Shown here piece by piece: positions 9,312 through 17,646 of a stretch of 37,733 bases of DNA. The notes under the pieces were generated by a model, which worked only from the letters and a program-made list of their open reading frames with translations, was not told the origin of the DNA and did not search any database. This DNA comes from a virus (taxonomy: Duplodnaviria; Caudoviricetes). Each line of letters opens with the position of its first letter. Position 1 is the stretch's first letter. Position numbers and translations under genes: made by a program. The stretch is from positions 1-37,733 of IMG/VR virus record IMGVR_UViG_3300010376_000080, one strand, 5' to 3'.

Positions 9312-9347
9312 TAAAAAGACCCCAGCCGGAAGCTGGGGTCTTTTATT
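9312..9347. terminator. Intrinsic terminator, potentially bidirectional
   Basis: aaaaGACCCCAGC-cggaa-GCTGGGGTCtttt with A/T tracts on both sides, directly after the 9348 stop. Confidence 0.85.
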
Positions 9348-9740
9348 TCACGACTGCGGAGCAGGCGTCGGAGCAGGCTGAGGCTTCAGGTCCGGACGGA
9401 ACCGTGAATCTACGGCGATAAAACCGTGGTCCAGGTCCCAGCGGATGTCGGCGAAGGTCTGGCCCTCGGTGCGGCCAAACTTCTCCTTGATGAGGTCGAC
9501 ATACTGCCGAACCGTCTGGTTGTCCTTGTACTCCATGAACCGGTCGTGGGCGCCGCGCGCCTTGGAACCCGGCTTCAAAATCGTGAAGACATGGTCCTCC
9601 GGGGGCTTGGGAAGCCGCGGCCGAGTCACAGCCGCCGGATCCTTGGCCTTCTTTTCCTTCTTGGGCTTCGCCTCGCCGGGCGCAGTCTTAACAGCCTTCG
9701 GCTTGTCGGTGGTGTGAGTCTGCGGAGTTCCATTCGACAT
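9348..9740 (-). CDS. Basic K/P-rich putative DNA-binding protein, 130 aa
   Basis: Lys-rich N-terminus and a KPGSKA..RF..YK...TV..Y...ADIRWDLDHGFI domain. GGAGA RBS, own promoter and terminator. Confidence 0.7.
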   Translation of the reverse strand: MSNGTPQTHTTDKPKAVKTAPGEAKPKKEKKAKDPAAVTRPRLPKPPEDHVFTILKPGSKARGAHDRFMEYKDNQTVRQYVDLIKEKFGRTEGQTFADIRWDLDHGFIAVDSRFRPDLKPQPAPTPAPQS

Positions 9741-9780
9741 TGTTCATCTCCCTATGAGTGTAATCTTCCTGTACCTTCTT

Positions 9781-9809
9781 TATATAGCACAACTTGCAGA
9801 GGAATGCAA
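9781..9809 (-). promoter_or_regulatory. sigma70-like promoter
   Basis: Minus strand TTGCAT-N17-TATATA. Shares gttgtgcTATA with the 5922 promoter. Confidence 0.6.
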
Positions 9810-9815
9810 CCCCCC

Positions 9816-11852
9816 TTATAGATTAATTAATTCGAGGAATCCCCAATTATTTCCCCACTTAATGTCAGTAAGCATTGGAATAGTGATCACGGGCATAGCT
9901 TCTTCCATAATCTTGGCAGCCGCGTAAGCATCGGCCTTATTACTGAAACTGAATCCAAGTTCGTCATGTACTTGCAGGAGCGGAAAATACCCGGCATCGT
10001 CGACTTGGACCATAGCCTCTTTCATTTGCCGAGCGCCGCTACCCTGGATCATTCTGTTAAAAGCCTTATGACAGAAGGCTCGCTTGTATCGTTCACCATA
10101 CCATGGATGATTGGGATTATCTTTACGCCGCTGCATCTCTTCGATAAAGCAGGGCTCTGTAGTGATCTCTGGGTTGTTATCCTTAAACTCAGCTTCCCTA
10201 GAGTAGTCTCGATACACTGGCTCCCATAAATTGAAATGATTACGCGCCCCATCAATCATCCTAATGTGGCCGTTCTTGGCCGCATATCGGTTGTAATGTT
10301 CAGCAGCCTGCTTCACAAATGGCAGGTTTTCATCATAGATATCCATAGTCTTTATTGCTTCAGCTAAATCCATGCCAGTCATAAGGGCGAACTTGTCTCT
10401 ACCTGCCCCATAGCTCTTTGCGAAGTTAGTATCCTTGGCCTTGGGTCGTGGTAGCCGGGTGAGGGCCATCACGTAATTGTGGAAATCAGTATTAGGATCC
10501 TTGCGGTACATATCCGCAGCTTCTTTGGCACCTCGCTTGTGTAACAGCTCGGCTATAAAGACTATGAGCCGATACTCTTGTTGCCGGTAGTCGATGCTAC
10601 ACCAATATTCACCTTCTTCAGGAAGGAAGCACTGCCGAATAAGAGCGGCGTATTGATCATCCCGGCTAGGAGTTTGTTGAAGTGGTGGATCACTGTAGCT
10701 AAACCGATGAGATCTGGCCCCACCCTCTTCGTTCCTAAACTGATTAACTGTTGGATAAACGCGGCCATTGTGAGAATAATTTAAGATGTACTTGCGTAAG
10801 AACTTATCAGCTAACTGTTTCTGGTGGCGGATTGCGTGGACTTCGCGGGGGAACCAGTGCTGGTGATTACTGAGGAACTCTTTTTCGAAACTTGCTTGGC
10901 CTTCGGGGTGCTTCTTGGAGGATAGTGTTTTGGGATAGTAGAGGTTGTACTTTTCAAACTGTCGTTTTAACCATGCGTTCTGACGTACATTCTTTATGGT
11001 TGCCTTTTCACCTATGCTTGAACTGAGCCGGTACAGTCCCTCTTCTACCTTCTTATCTATCTGGTCTGCTAGTTCTTCGGCTCGTAGGGTATCTACTCGT
11101 ATACCCCGTTGTTTCATCTTCAAGGTTATTGGCATCAGCCTACGTTCAACATTGTAGGCATGATCTAGGTTTTCTGCCGTTATCATAGGCCGTAGTTTGC
11201 GGGCGGATAACAGCGTCTGTCCGGCATCTTCTTCAGCATATGGCCCGACGTATTTGCCTTCGTATTGCCAAAGGTTTTCTTTGATCTTGTTCTCTGGTAC
11301 CCTATACTGAGCAGCTATTTCCTTTAAGAGGCGCTCATCTTTACCGGGATATCCTAACCATTGTGCAATGTAATCTAAGCTGAATGAGGGTATATTCTCA
11401 TTTACCATTGAGGCCATTGCTGCGATGTCATCGATCTGTTCCGGCGGCTCAATCCCAAACGTAGCCTGAATCCAACCCCAATCAAACTGAAAAGAGTGGA
11501 AAACAAATCGAGTACGTCTTTGTTTTGCAAGTGCTTGAAGCCACCGTCTAACATTATCATAATCGAAGCATTGTGTATTTGGATGTCGTAATGGGACGTA
11601 GATTTTACTAAGGTCACACTCGCCTCCCCAGGCGAGGGATAATCCACATATAAATCCAGTCTTGTCGTTTGTCCTTTCGTATGCGTAATAACCCGGTCCT
11701 TTATCTTTTGCGAGTGACGGGTCTTTTTCTTCTGTGTCAATTGCGATCTCCTCTACATTCGACAAGTCCGGCAATTCTGCCGGACATACCCATGGGCTCT
11801 CAGGTGCGAATAGTAGCCCTTGTGCGAACGAGGGCTGCTTGCGCGTGGCCAT
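9816..11852 (-). CDS. Family A DNA polymerase with 3'-5' exonuclease domain
   Basis: Exo I IAIDTE, Exo III YAEEDA, RFSYSDPPLQQTP, motif A SIDYRQQEYRL, motif B RPKAKDTNFAKSYG, motif C LQVHDEL. Confidence 0.95.
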   Translation of the reverse strand: MATRKQPSFAQGLLFAPESPWVCPAELPDLSNVEEIAIDTEEKDPSLAKDKGPGYYAYERTNDKTGFICGLSLAWGGECDLSKIYVPLRHPNTQCFDYDNVRRWLQALAKQRRTRFVFHSFQFDWGWIQATFGIEPPEQIDDIAAMASMVNENIPSFSLDYIAQWLGYPGKDERLLKEIAAQYRVPENKIKENLWQYEGKYVGPYAEEDAGQTLLSARKLRPMITAENLDHAYNVERRLMPITLKMKQRGIRVDTLRAEELADQIDKKVEEGLYRLSSSIGEKATIKNVRQNAWLKRQFEKYNLYYPKTLSSKKHPEGQASFEKEFLSNHQHWFPREVHAIRHQKQLADKFLRKYILNYSHNGRVYPTVNQFRNEEGGARSHRFSYSDPPLQQTPSRDDQYAALIRQCFLPEEGEYWCSIDYRQQEYRLIVFIAELLHKRGAKEAADMYRKDPNTDFHNYVMALTRLPRPKAKDTNFAKSYGAGRDKFALMTGMDLAEAIKTMDIYDENLPFVKQAAEHYNRYAAKNGHIRMIDGARNHFNLWEPVYRDYSREAEFKDNNPEITTEPCFIEEMQRRKDNPNHPWYGERYKRAFCHKAFNRMIQGSGARQMKEAMVQVDDAGYFPLLQVHDELGFSFSNKADAYAAAKIMEEAMPVITIPMLTDIKWGNNWGFLELINL

Positions 11853-12070
11853 TAGCCCACCCCGTGGAACGAGTCTACAGAGCTAAAATACTGCCTTGTA
11901 ATGCGCACACAAGGAGGCTCAGGTGGCCAAGCCCACGGGGCCATCAACGCGCCTGTACGGGCCTTGGATGGCGGCCACTCCGCACACCTGCTGACCACAA
12001 CAGCAAACAGGATCATAAGGAATAGGCACGCCATCCCAGTAAGAAAGCCCCTGAAAAACTGCGGACTCAC
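11852..12070 (-). CDS. Small membrane protein, 72 aa
   Basis: N-terminal hydrophobic helix, coupled at both ends (GTGA, TAATG). Confidence 0.55.
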   Translation of the reverse strand: MSPQFFRGFLTGMACLFLMILFAVVVSRCAEWPPSKARTGALMAPWAWPPEPPCVRITRQYFSSVDSFHGVG

Positions 12071-12405
12071 CCGGCTGATTCCTCTGCGGCCGTAATAAGT
12101 TCATCCAAGTTACCGGGCCAACCCTCAGTTTTCTCAAGCTCCCCTTCTAGTTCCTCACAGCTACCTACTACCTCTTCCATCTTTTCGATTGTTTCAGATA
12201 GCTCGGTACCTTTCTCACCCTCCTGTGCCTTCTCCCCCAACTCGTCAAACTTCTCTTGTATCTCATCCCGAAGCCCTTCGAAGGTAGTCTTGGCATCGGC
12301 AATAGCCGAAGTGACAAGCTGCCAGTCCACCTTCTCAAGTACGGCCTTGGCATTCATAAGGTCCTTAACCGCAGCTTCAATCTTCTTCCTTTGTTCCTTG
12401 TTCAT
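12067..12405 (-). CDS. Acidic helical / coiled-coil protein, ~112 aa
   Basis: GGAGG RBS before MNKEQRKK, very Glu-rich. Confidence 0.7.
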   Translation of the reverse strand: MNKEQRKKIEAAVKDLMNAKAVLEKVDWQLVTSAIADAKTTFEGLRDEIQEKFDELGEKAQEGEKGTELSETIEKMEEVVGSCEELEGELEKTEGWPGNLDELITAAEESAG

Positions 12406-12862
12406 GGTGTCCTCCATTCTCCGGTGTGCCGGGATAGTTGGGCTCAACTTTCTTGGTCTCATTAATTATGAAGTCAGCAGCCTTGGCAACTTCGATTAGC
12501 GCGCACAAGATACCGCGCGCTAATTCCAATTCAAGTTTGCTTCTATAGGAACAAAGCAAATGAATGTATTCCTCCTCTTCTCTACAGAGCTTATTGGCTA
12601 GAGCAAACCGTTGAACCTCCTTGGTAATTTCTGCCTGCTTCATAACCCGTGGTGACCATGTACAGGTCGCCACTTCCAATAACTTATCATGATAATGGAG
12701 GGCCTTTTGCAGGTCCTCCAAACCATTCTTCTTACGCCACCGAGCCACATATTTCGTGGCAGTGCCTTCCATATAAGGGAGCTGGCATACGATGGCTAAG
12801 TCCCAATGCTCATACTCCGTCTTGTAGTGGCTCCCGCCAACTTGCGTCTCGTTTGCCCCCAT
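12377..12862 (-). CDS. DUF3310 (SaV / T7 gp1.7-like) putative nucleotide kinase
   Basis: ANETQVGGSHYK...ATKYVARWRKKNGLEDLQKALHY signature. Confidence 0.85.
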   Translation of the reverse strand: MGANETQVGGSHYKTEYEHWDLAIVCQLPYMEGTATKYVARWRKKNGLEDLQKALHYHDKLLEVATCTWSPRVMKQAEITKEVQRFALANKLCREEEEYIHLLCSYRSKLELELARGILCALIEVAKAADFIINETKKVEPNYPGTPENGGHHEQGTKEED

Positions 12863-13463
12863 ATCTCACCTCCCAGTATAATGGGTTCCACCATTCATCT
12901 TTAGAATGGTCACCTCTCAGGCTAAGGTACTGTCGGTAAAACAACTTCAGCCTAATAGTAACATAATCCGCCAGCCTCGGGCAAGGGGGCGGGTTCCAGT
13001 TATACACAGCCTTTAGGCACCGATCAGCTACGATCATGCCATGGTTATTACCGAGTAAGATTTGATCCATACCGAACTCGGCAAACTCAACGTGTTCGAT
13101 TTGCTTTAGTAGGATTCTATCTTCTGGTGATACTGCCACTGGAAAGAAAGCGTTCCAGTGTTCCAACTGTGTGGCATAGGACCAGTGCTCGAGCCTATCC
13201 AACGACTCTTTCACACTAGGGTTGTCCCGTTTCATTGGATAGGGAGGATCTCCTGTGTAATGTTCCCCTATGTCATGGAACATTATCTCCCGCACCAAAT
13301 GGATATCGGGCTCTTCATCCACCATTAGGTAGATGCGAAGGAAGTTCCAGCAGTGGTCAGCTATAGTCTGACCACCGATGATCGGCCAAGTATGATAGCG
13401 TTTGATCTGCCCAGCTAACCGGGTATCAAGTCTCACCGGGTCCGCGGGATCTTCGCTGTGCAT
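12810..13463 (-). CDS. HD-domain deoxynucleotide hydrolase (YfbR/DatZ-like)
   Basis: IKRYHT..QTIADH..FHDIGEHYTGDPPYPMK motifs. Confidence 0.85.
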   Translation of the reverse strand: MHSEDPADPVRLDTRLAGQIKRYHTWPIIGGQTIADHCWNFLRIYLMVDEEPDIHLVREIMFHDIGEHYTGDPPYPMKRDNPSVKESLDRLEHWSYATQLEHWNAFFPVAVSPEDRILLKQIEHVEFAEFGMDQILLGNNHGMIVADRCLKAVYNWNPPPCPRLADYVTIRLKLFYRQYLSLRGDHSKDEWWNPLYWEVRYGGKRDASWREPLQDGV

Positions 13464-14463
13464 GGTGTCTCTCCAACCATTCCATTGCTGCTCTGCGCCA
13501 ATCGTGACTGATTATCGAAGAGGCCCACTGTATCGCCTCTGTGGTATTTCCTGTCTTATATAGTTGATGTGCAACGGCCATAGGGATAACCACCCCGGCC
13601 AAGAACGGGTTCTCTACGTGTGCCCACCGAGCTCCCATGTCGTTATGTATATCATCAATAGCTTGCATGGCGCAATGGAGGTTTGAATCAAAGCCATCAT
13701 CAGCATACAATGGATAGGGCTGTTCGTATGTATCCCGGGTCCACAGGTAGGGAACAATATCAGCCGGGGTTATAGGCTGACAACGTTCGTTTAGTTGTTC
13801 CATATGAAAACGATATAGGTGCAGATTAGTAGTGACCTGCCAATATCCACCAACTTCAACCTTTAGCCTCCCGGCTAAGTACTCTTGAAGAAATGAAAAG
13901 TGAACTGCGTTGGCCCCACAAGCTCCCCATATTAAATCATTAGACCTATTGAATACGGTCATATCTAATCGGTTATCGTGTATACGAAACGTAATTACGA
14001 GGTTGCAGGGCTTGGTATCCATTTCACTAATTAGGTCGGGCAGCCCCGCTCCCCACATCTGCAAGACCACTTGCCGGGAGTATGGGTTACGTTCAAGTTG
14101 GCGAACCACTTCCTCAATCTGGTCGAATGGAAAGCCGTGGCGCCAGCGGTATCCATAAGCATCCATGATGACACCGCCCACCCCATACTTTTCACTGAAC
14201 CCTTTGATGTAGTGATCCAGAAACGCCCCGTCATTTCTACCGGCTAACATCCACATGGCTTCCATAATATGAAAGAAGGGGTTAGCATCCCTAATTGGGT
14301 TGACCAGCACTCGCTCTGTGGGGTTGGTGTAATGAATGGTGACAGGGCCTGGAGCTACGAGTGCATGACCTAGCCGGGTATCTTCTGGGTAGCCTTCGTC
14401 CATGAGATACTGAACAGCCATCGGTAATGCTTCACGGACATTCTGTGCTACAATCACGTACAT
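13426..14463 (-). CDS. Thymidylate synthase-fold enzyme, probably dUMP hydroxymethylase
   Basis: NPFF..EAMWML.G, AYGYRW, SRQVV, catalytic KPCN, RSNDLIWG.CGAN and NLHLY. Asn at the specificity position implies dUMP; T4-type dCMP hydroxymethylases have Asp there. Confidence 0.85.
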   Translation of the reverse strand: MYVIVAQNVREALPMAVQYLMDEGYPEDTRLGHALVAPGPVTIHYTNPTERVLVNPIRDANPFFHIMEAMWMLAGRNDGAFLDHYIKGFSEKYGVGGVIMDAYGYRWRHGFPFDQIEEVVRQLERNPYSRQVVLQMWGAGLPDLISEMDTKPCNLVITFRIHDNRLDMTVFNRSNDLIWGACGANAVHFSFLQEYLAGRLKVEVGGYWQVTTNLHLYRFHMEQLNERCQPITPADIVPYLWTRDTYEQPYPLYADDGFDSNLHCAMQAIDDIHNDMGARWAHVENPFLAGVVIPMAVAHQLYKTGNTTEAIQWASSIISHDWRRAAMEWLERHHAQRRSRGPGET

Positions 14464-14464
14464 C

Positions 14465-15148
14465 TTACTTCTCCTTTATGATGTGTGCCCCGCTGAGTGT
14501 AATATCTCGTGGTGTACCCCACTCCATCGGCGTATAGGTGGTGAGTACCGCGGTGGTGTTCACCTTAATGTACTCGAATACTTGACTAACGTAGGGTTCC
14601 TTATGGAATGAAGTGACCTCGTTGAGCCCGTGCATAAGATCTGGCATTGCTTCTTCGGAGAAGTAATAGGCCCCGCGCACCGCGTATTTGGATATACGCT
14701 TCTTCTCCTCGACACGGCTGAACTTGCCCAGCTTATCCACATAGGAGAATGCCGGGTTGGCACTCTCGCTCACCAGTACGCCACAAGCTTGGATACTCAA
14801 TCGAACTAAATCATTGGTAAAGTTTAGGACATCGGCATCCATAATCATAGCTGGCCCCGTGCCCCCGAGTACATTCAATATCTGCAAAGCTGTATCAGCC
14901 GGGCCTCTTGTCTTAGCAATCTCATGGTAGTAAACGGAACGACCTGTAAGGATCTTTGTGCCAATTCGCATATAGCCTGTAGGGATGGCGACAGCCACAC
15001 TGAACCCACATGGTACGGTACAGATCACATGGTCCAGCATGGTTTGGATATTGCCGCGGTAATCAATCTTGAGGAATGGTTTGGGAGTATTGTATCCAGC
15101 TTCAACAAACCGATGACTCAGGCCCGCGGCAAGAATTATAGCGCGCAT
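14465..15148 (-). CDS. Sugar-phosphate nucleotidyltransferase (NTP_transferase, GT-A-like)
   Basis: IILAAGLSHRF..AGY..PKPFL, TRGPADT, IMDAD, VEEKKRIS..A..GAYYF and WGTP motifs. Confidence 0.85.
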   Translation of the reverse strand: MRAIILAAGLSHRFVEAGYNTPKPFLKIDYRGNIQTMLDHVICTVPCGFSVAVAIPTGYMRIGTKILTGRSVYYHEIAKTRGPADTALQILNVLGGTGPAMIMDADVLNFTNDLVRLSIQACGVLVSESANPAFSYVDKLGKFSRVEEKKRISKYAVRGAYYFSEEAMPDLMHGLNEVTSFHKEPYVSQVFEYIKVNTTAVLTTYTPMEWGTPRDITLSGAHIIKEK

Positions 15149-15927
15149 TGCATCAACCTTCCTGCAACTTCTTCTGCCCACATACCAGCATGGCATGTAT
15201 TATTGCGGAGCGCAATACGTCGTAGAGCGACGATACACCAGAACACAGCCCTCCGTGCTGTCTCATATTCAAGCATGAAGCTAGGCATTGAGTATTCGAT
15301 CTCTGGCATACCACGCAGGACAACTTCCCACCCAAGTAGGGATTGGAGTACCTTGGCATGGTCTATAGCACGAATGGAGGGACGCACCAATCGGTGAGGT
15401 GGTATGGGATCTGCTATTTTCACATGCCCATCTTTAGTGACCAAGGTATTATCAATGGTTGGATCACCATGGATAATGCAGGGAGTATCCATGACCCACA
15501 CTGGAACATTTATCCCAATGGTATCGTAGAGTGCCGCGGCCCAAGAAGTATCACCTAACTCCTTGGTGAAGGGGCTATCTTCCAGTGGCCGGTTCCACAC
15601 ATAGCAGTCGAGGAGTTGCTCGATCATGAGTAGGGTGCCTTTGGAGGTTGCAATTGGCTGCAGATACTCCATCGTAAAACTAACATCGTTGGTACTCAAT
15701 ATCCGTGGGCACACCTTCTCTCCAAGGAAAAGCATGAACGCAGCCTGCTCCCCGGCGAACTCAGGTGGCTGCGTCGTCTTGTGAACTGCCAGGGTCAACT
15801 GAGAATGTCCATAGCCCCGCATCTCAAAGTTATATCCATCCAACACAACCGGGAGGAAGTCGGGCGTATACCACTGAGCAATGCGGGATAGCTCTCTCAC
15901 AGTATTAAGGAGATCTGGCAGCTTCAT
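15136..15927 (-). CDS. APH / choline-kinase-fold small-molecule kinase
   Basis: Brenner motif IIHGDPTIDNTL, VKIADP and DHAKVLQS. Confidence 0.8.
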   Translation of the reverse strand: MKLPDLLNTVRELSRIAQWYTPDFLPVVLDGYNFEMRGYGHSQLTLAVHKTTQPPEFAGEQAAFMLFLGEKVCPRILSTNDVSFTMEYLQPIATSKGTLLMIEQLLDCYVWNRPLEDSPFTKELGDTSWAAALYDTIGINVPVWVMDTPCIIHGDPTIDNTLVTKDGHVKIADPIPPHRLVRPSIRAIDHAKVLQSLLGWEVVLRGMPEIEYSMPSFMLEYETARRAVFWCIVALRRIALRNNTCHAGMWAEEVAGRLMQCAL

Positions 15928-15933
15928 GGTGGT

Positions 15934-16086
15934 TTACCTTAGACTGAGGAAGTAGGTGACTTGTAGTAGGACTAGGGCAACGATTGATGCCCCCATCGGC
16001 CATATGAAGGAGGCGTGGTTACGACCAAAGGCTACCCCTATGATAAAACTAAAGAACACCTGGAGAAGTGCGAACCAGATGTTCAT
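15934..16086 (-). CDS. Small two-TM membrane protein, 50 aa
   Basis: GAGG RBS, ATGA coupling, two hydrophobic segments. Confidence 0.6.
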   Translation of the reverse strand: MNIWFALLQVFFSFIIGVAFGRNHASFIWPMGASIVALVLLQVTYFLSLR

Positions 16087-16874
16087 GGCTTCCTCGACCT
16101 GACACCATCCTCTAGTGCCTTTTGCCACTGCACGATCACTTCGACACGAGGCACAGAAGCTTTATAATCTTTCTTGACCGTGGACACATATCCAGGATGT
16201 AGTTCTGAGAGTTTAATAGCGTCATCATTCGAGCGTTCCATTGTTCGCTCGTCAGTCGCTCCGCCCGGAGCATCGAATTTACGTTGGTCATTAACTGTCG
16301 TATGCCAGATGGCGTTGGGGTATCCCTTCCGCAAAAGTTGCAGTGTGACATCCATATCTTCCCTAGTTTCAATGCGCCCGAGCTCAACTTCTTGGGCTAC
16401 TACCGGGAGGTAGTATCCCAAGGAGTAGCACATCTTGCCGGGTGATTTCCAACCCACCTCTTCCATCGTGTTGTTGCCTTGGCGAGGACCGAACCCCACG
16501 TGTGGAACCTCCCGGCTAAGCATTAGTTCCAGCCGCTCGAACTCAGGAATAAGTTCCTTGCCTCTGATTTCCTTAAGGTGCCAGTCGGTATCACTCATAC
16601 GGGTGGCAAAGCGTAGGTCATCGTCGAGCATAATGATCTTTTCGTAACCCATTGTAGCCCACTCTTCAATGATCCATTTACGCTTTTGGGCAATAGTCCA
16701 GCTTGGATCAGGTTGTTCCATAACTGTAACGTCTTCACTCAACCCAGATAACGTGAAGACTTCACTCTTTGGGCATACGATAGTTGTTCGTTTCTTTAGT
16801 TCACTTGGGAGTTGGCTGAGTGTCAGTTGTTGGTTGGTTCGACCCCTGGTTGGAATTATGATGTGCATGTACAT
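16083..16874 (-). CDS. GT-A glycosyltransferase, TAGT / JGT / GREB1-like DNA base glycosyltransferase
   Basis: IIIPTRGR, IAQKRKWI, MLDDDL (DxD), EDMDVTLQLLRKGY, PGGA and LHPGYV motifs. Confidence 0.8.
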   Translation of the reverse strand: MYMHIIIPTRGRTNQQLTLSQLPSELKKRTTIVCPKSEVFTLSGLSEDVTVMEQPDPSWTIAQKRKWIIEEWATMGYEKIIMLDDDLRFATRMSDTDWHLKEIRGKELIPEFERLELMLSREVPHVGFGPRQGNNTMEEVGWKSPGKMCYSLGYYLPVVAQEVELGRIETREDMDVTLQLLRKGYPNAIWHTTVNDQRKFDAPGGATDERTMERSNDDAIKLSELHPGYVSTVKKDYKASVPRVEVIVQWQKALEDGVRSRKP

Positions 16875-17646
16875 ATTCTTCTCCCTGTCTCACGGCTGCC
16901 TTCCAATCAAATCGAACCTTGTATCCTTGCGGGTGGCGTGTGCCATCTTTCCTCGCAGGATACTCGGTATATGTGACGATACCCGGCCAGAGCTGTGCCA
17001 TGCGCTCAATCTCTGACATCATGATTTCTGTGGTACGCCAGTCGCTGCAACCTCCCTTACTGTACGGCCGATCGACTTTACTATATTCAGTAATTATGGC
17101 GGTTTTGTGACCGCGAGTAATAAGTTGGAGCATGATGTCATGCTCCTCGGCAATCAGCCCACGGAACTCGGGCCAAGGCTTGGGGAACCGATCTCGGTTG
17201 AAACATAACGTCTGGTTGAAACGGTGGCATTCGATATGTCCACGCGGGAGGCTCTGGCTCATAAACTTATCCGCTAAGCCTACCATAGTATATTTGCCGA
17301 GTAAAGTGCAGATATTGTTAATCATCTCGACAGTTTGTTCAGGCTTAGTGGGTAAGAAGCGACTGCCATCCTCGATGCGCCGGTAGAACTTCAAGTCGTC
17401 GTCTAGCATGAGTATCTTACCAGACTCTTTCAAGCGTAACATGAACTGGCGTTTAGCGGCAATGCCGAATCCATCAAATGGTAAGATCTTGACATCCATA
17501 GGGGTTACTTGGCGATACTGAATGTACTGATCGAAGGGCACGACCAATGTGATGTACGGCCACAGCTCCTCAGAAAGACCCTTGATAGTCTTCTGGTTTA
17601 GTGGGCGAGAACGTGAAGGTATGCAAATTTGCATATCATGATCCAT
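16801..17646 (-). CDS. Second GT-A glycosyltransferase, paralogous to 16083-16874
   Basis: ICIPSRSR, IAAKRQF, MLDDDL, EEHDIMLQLITRGH, KGGCS and WPGIV motifs. Confidence 0.8.
   Translation of the reverse strand: MDHDMQICIPSRSRPLNQKTIKGLSEELWPYITLVVPFDQYIQYRQVTPMDVKILPFDGFGIAAKRQFMLRLKESGKILMLDDDLKFYRRIEDGSRFLPTKPEQTVEMINNICTLLGKYTMVGLADKFMSQSLPRGHIECHRFNQTLCFNRDRFPKPWPEFRGLIAEEHDIMLQLITRGHKTAIITEYSKVDRPYSKGGCSDWRTTEIMMSEIERMAQLWPGIVTYTEYPARKDGTRHPQGYKVRFDWKAAVRQGEEYVHAHHNSNQGSNQPTTDTQPTPK

Noticed and set aside
12810-13463. DatZ-like HD enzyme as evidence of a 2-aminoadenine (Z) genome
   Set aside because: No PurZ or MazZ in the window. The neighbours point to thymidine replacement.
13426-14463. 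dCMP hydroxymethylase or ordinary ThyA
   Set aside because: Asn rather than Asp at the specificity position argues against dCMP. The RSNDLIWG-type motif and gene context favour a dUMP hydroxymethylase over ThyA, though this is not proven.
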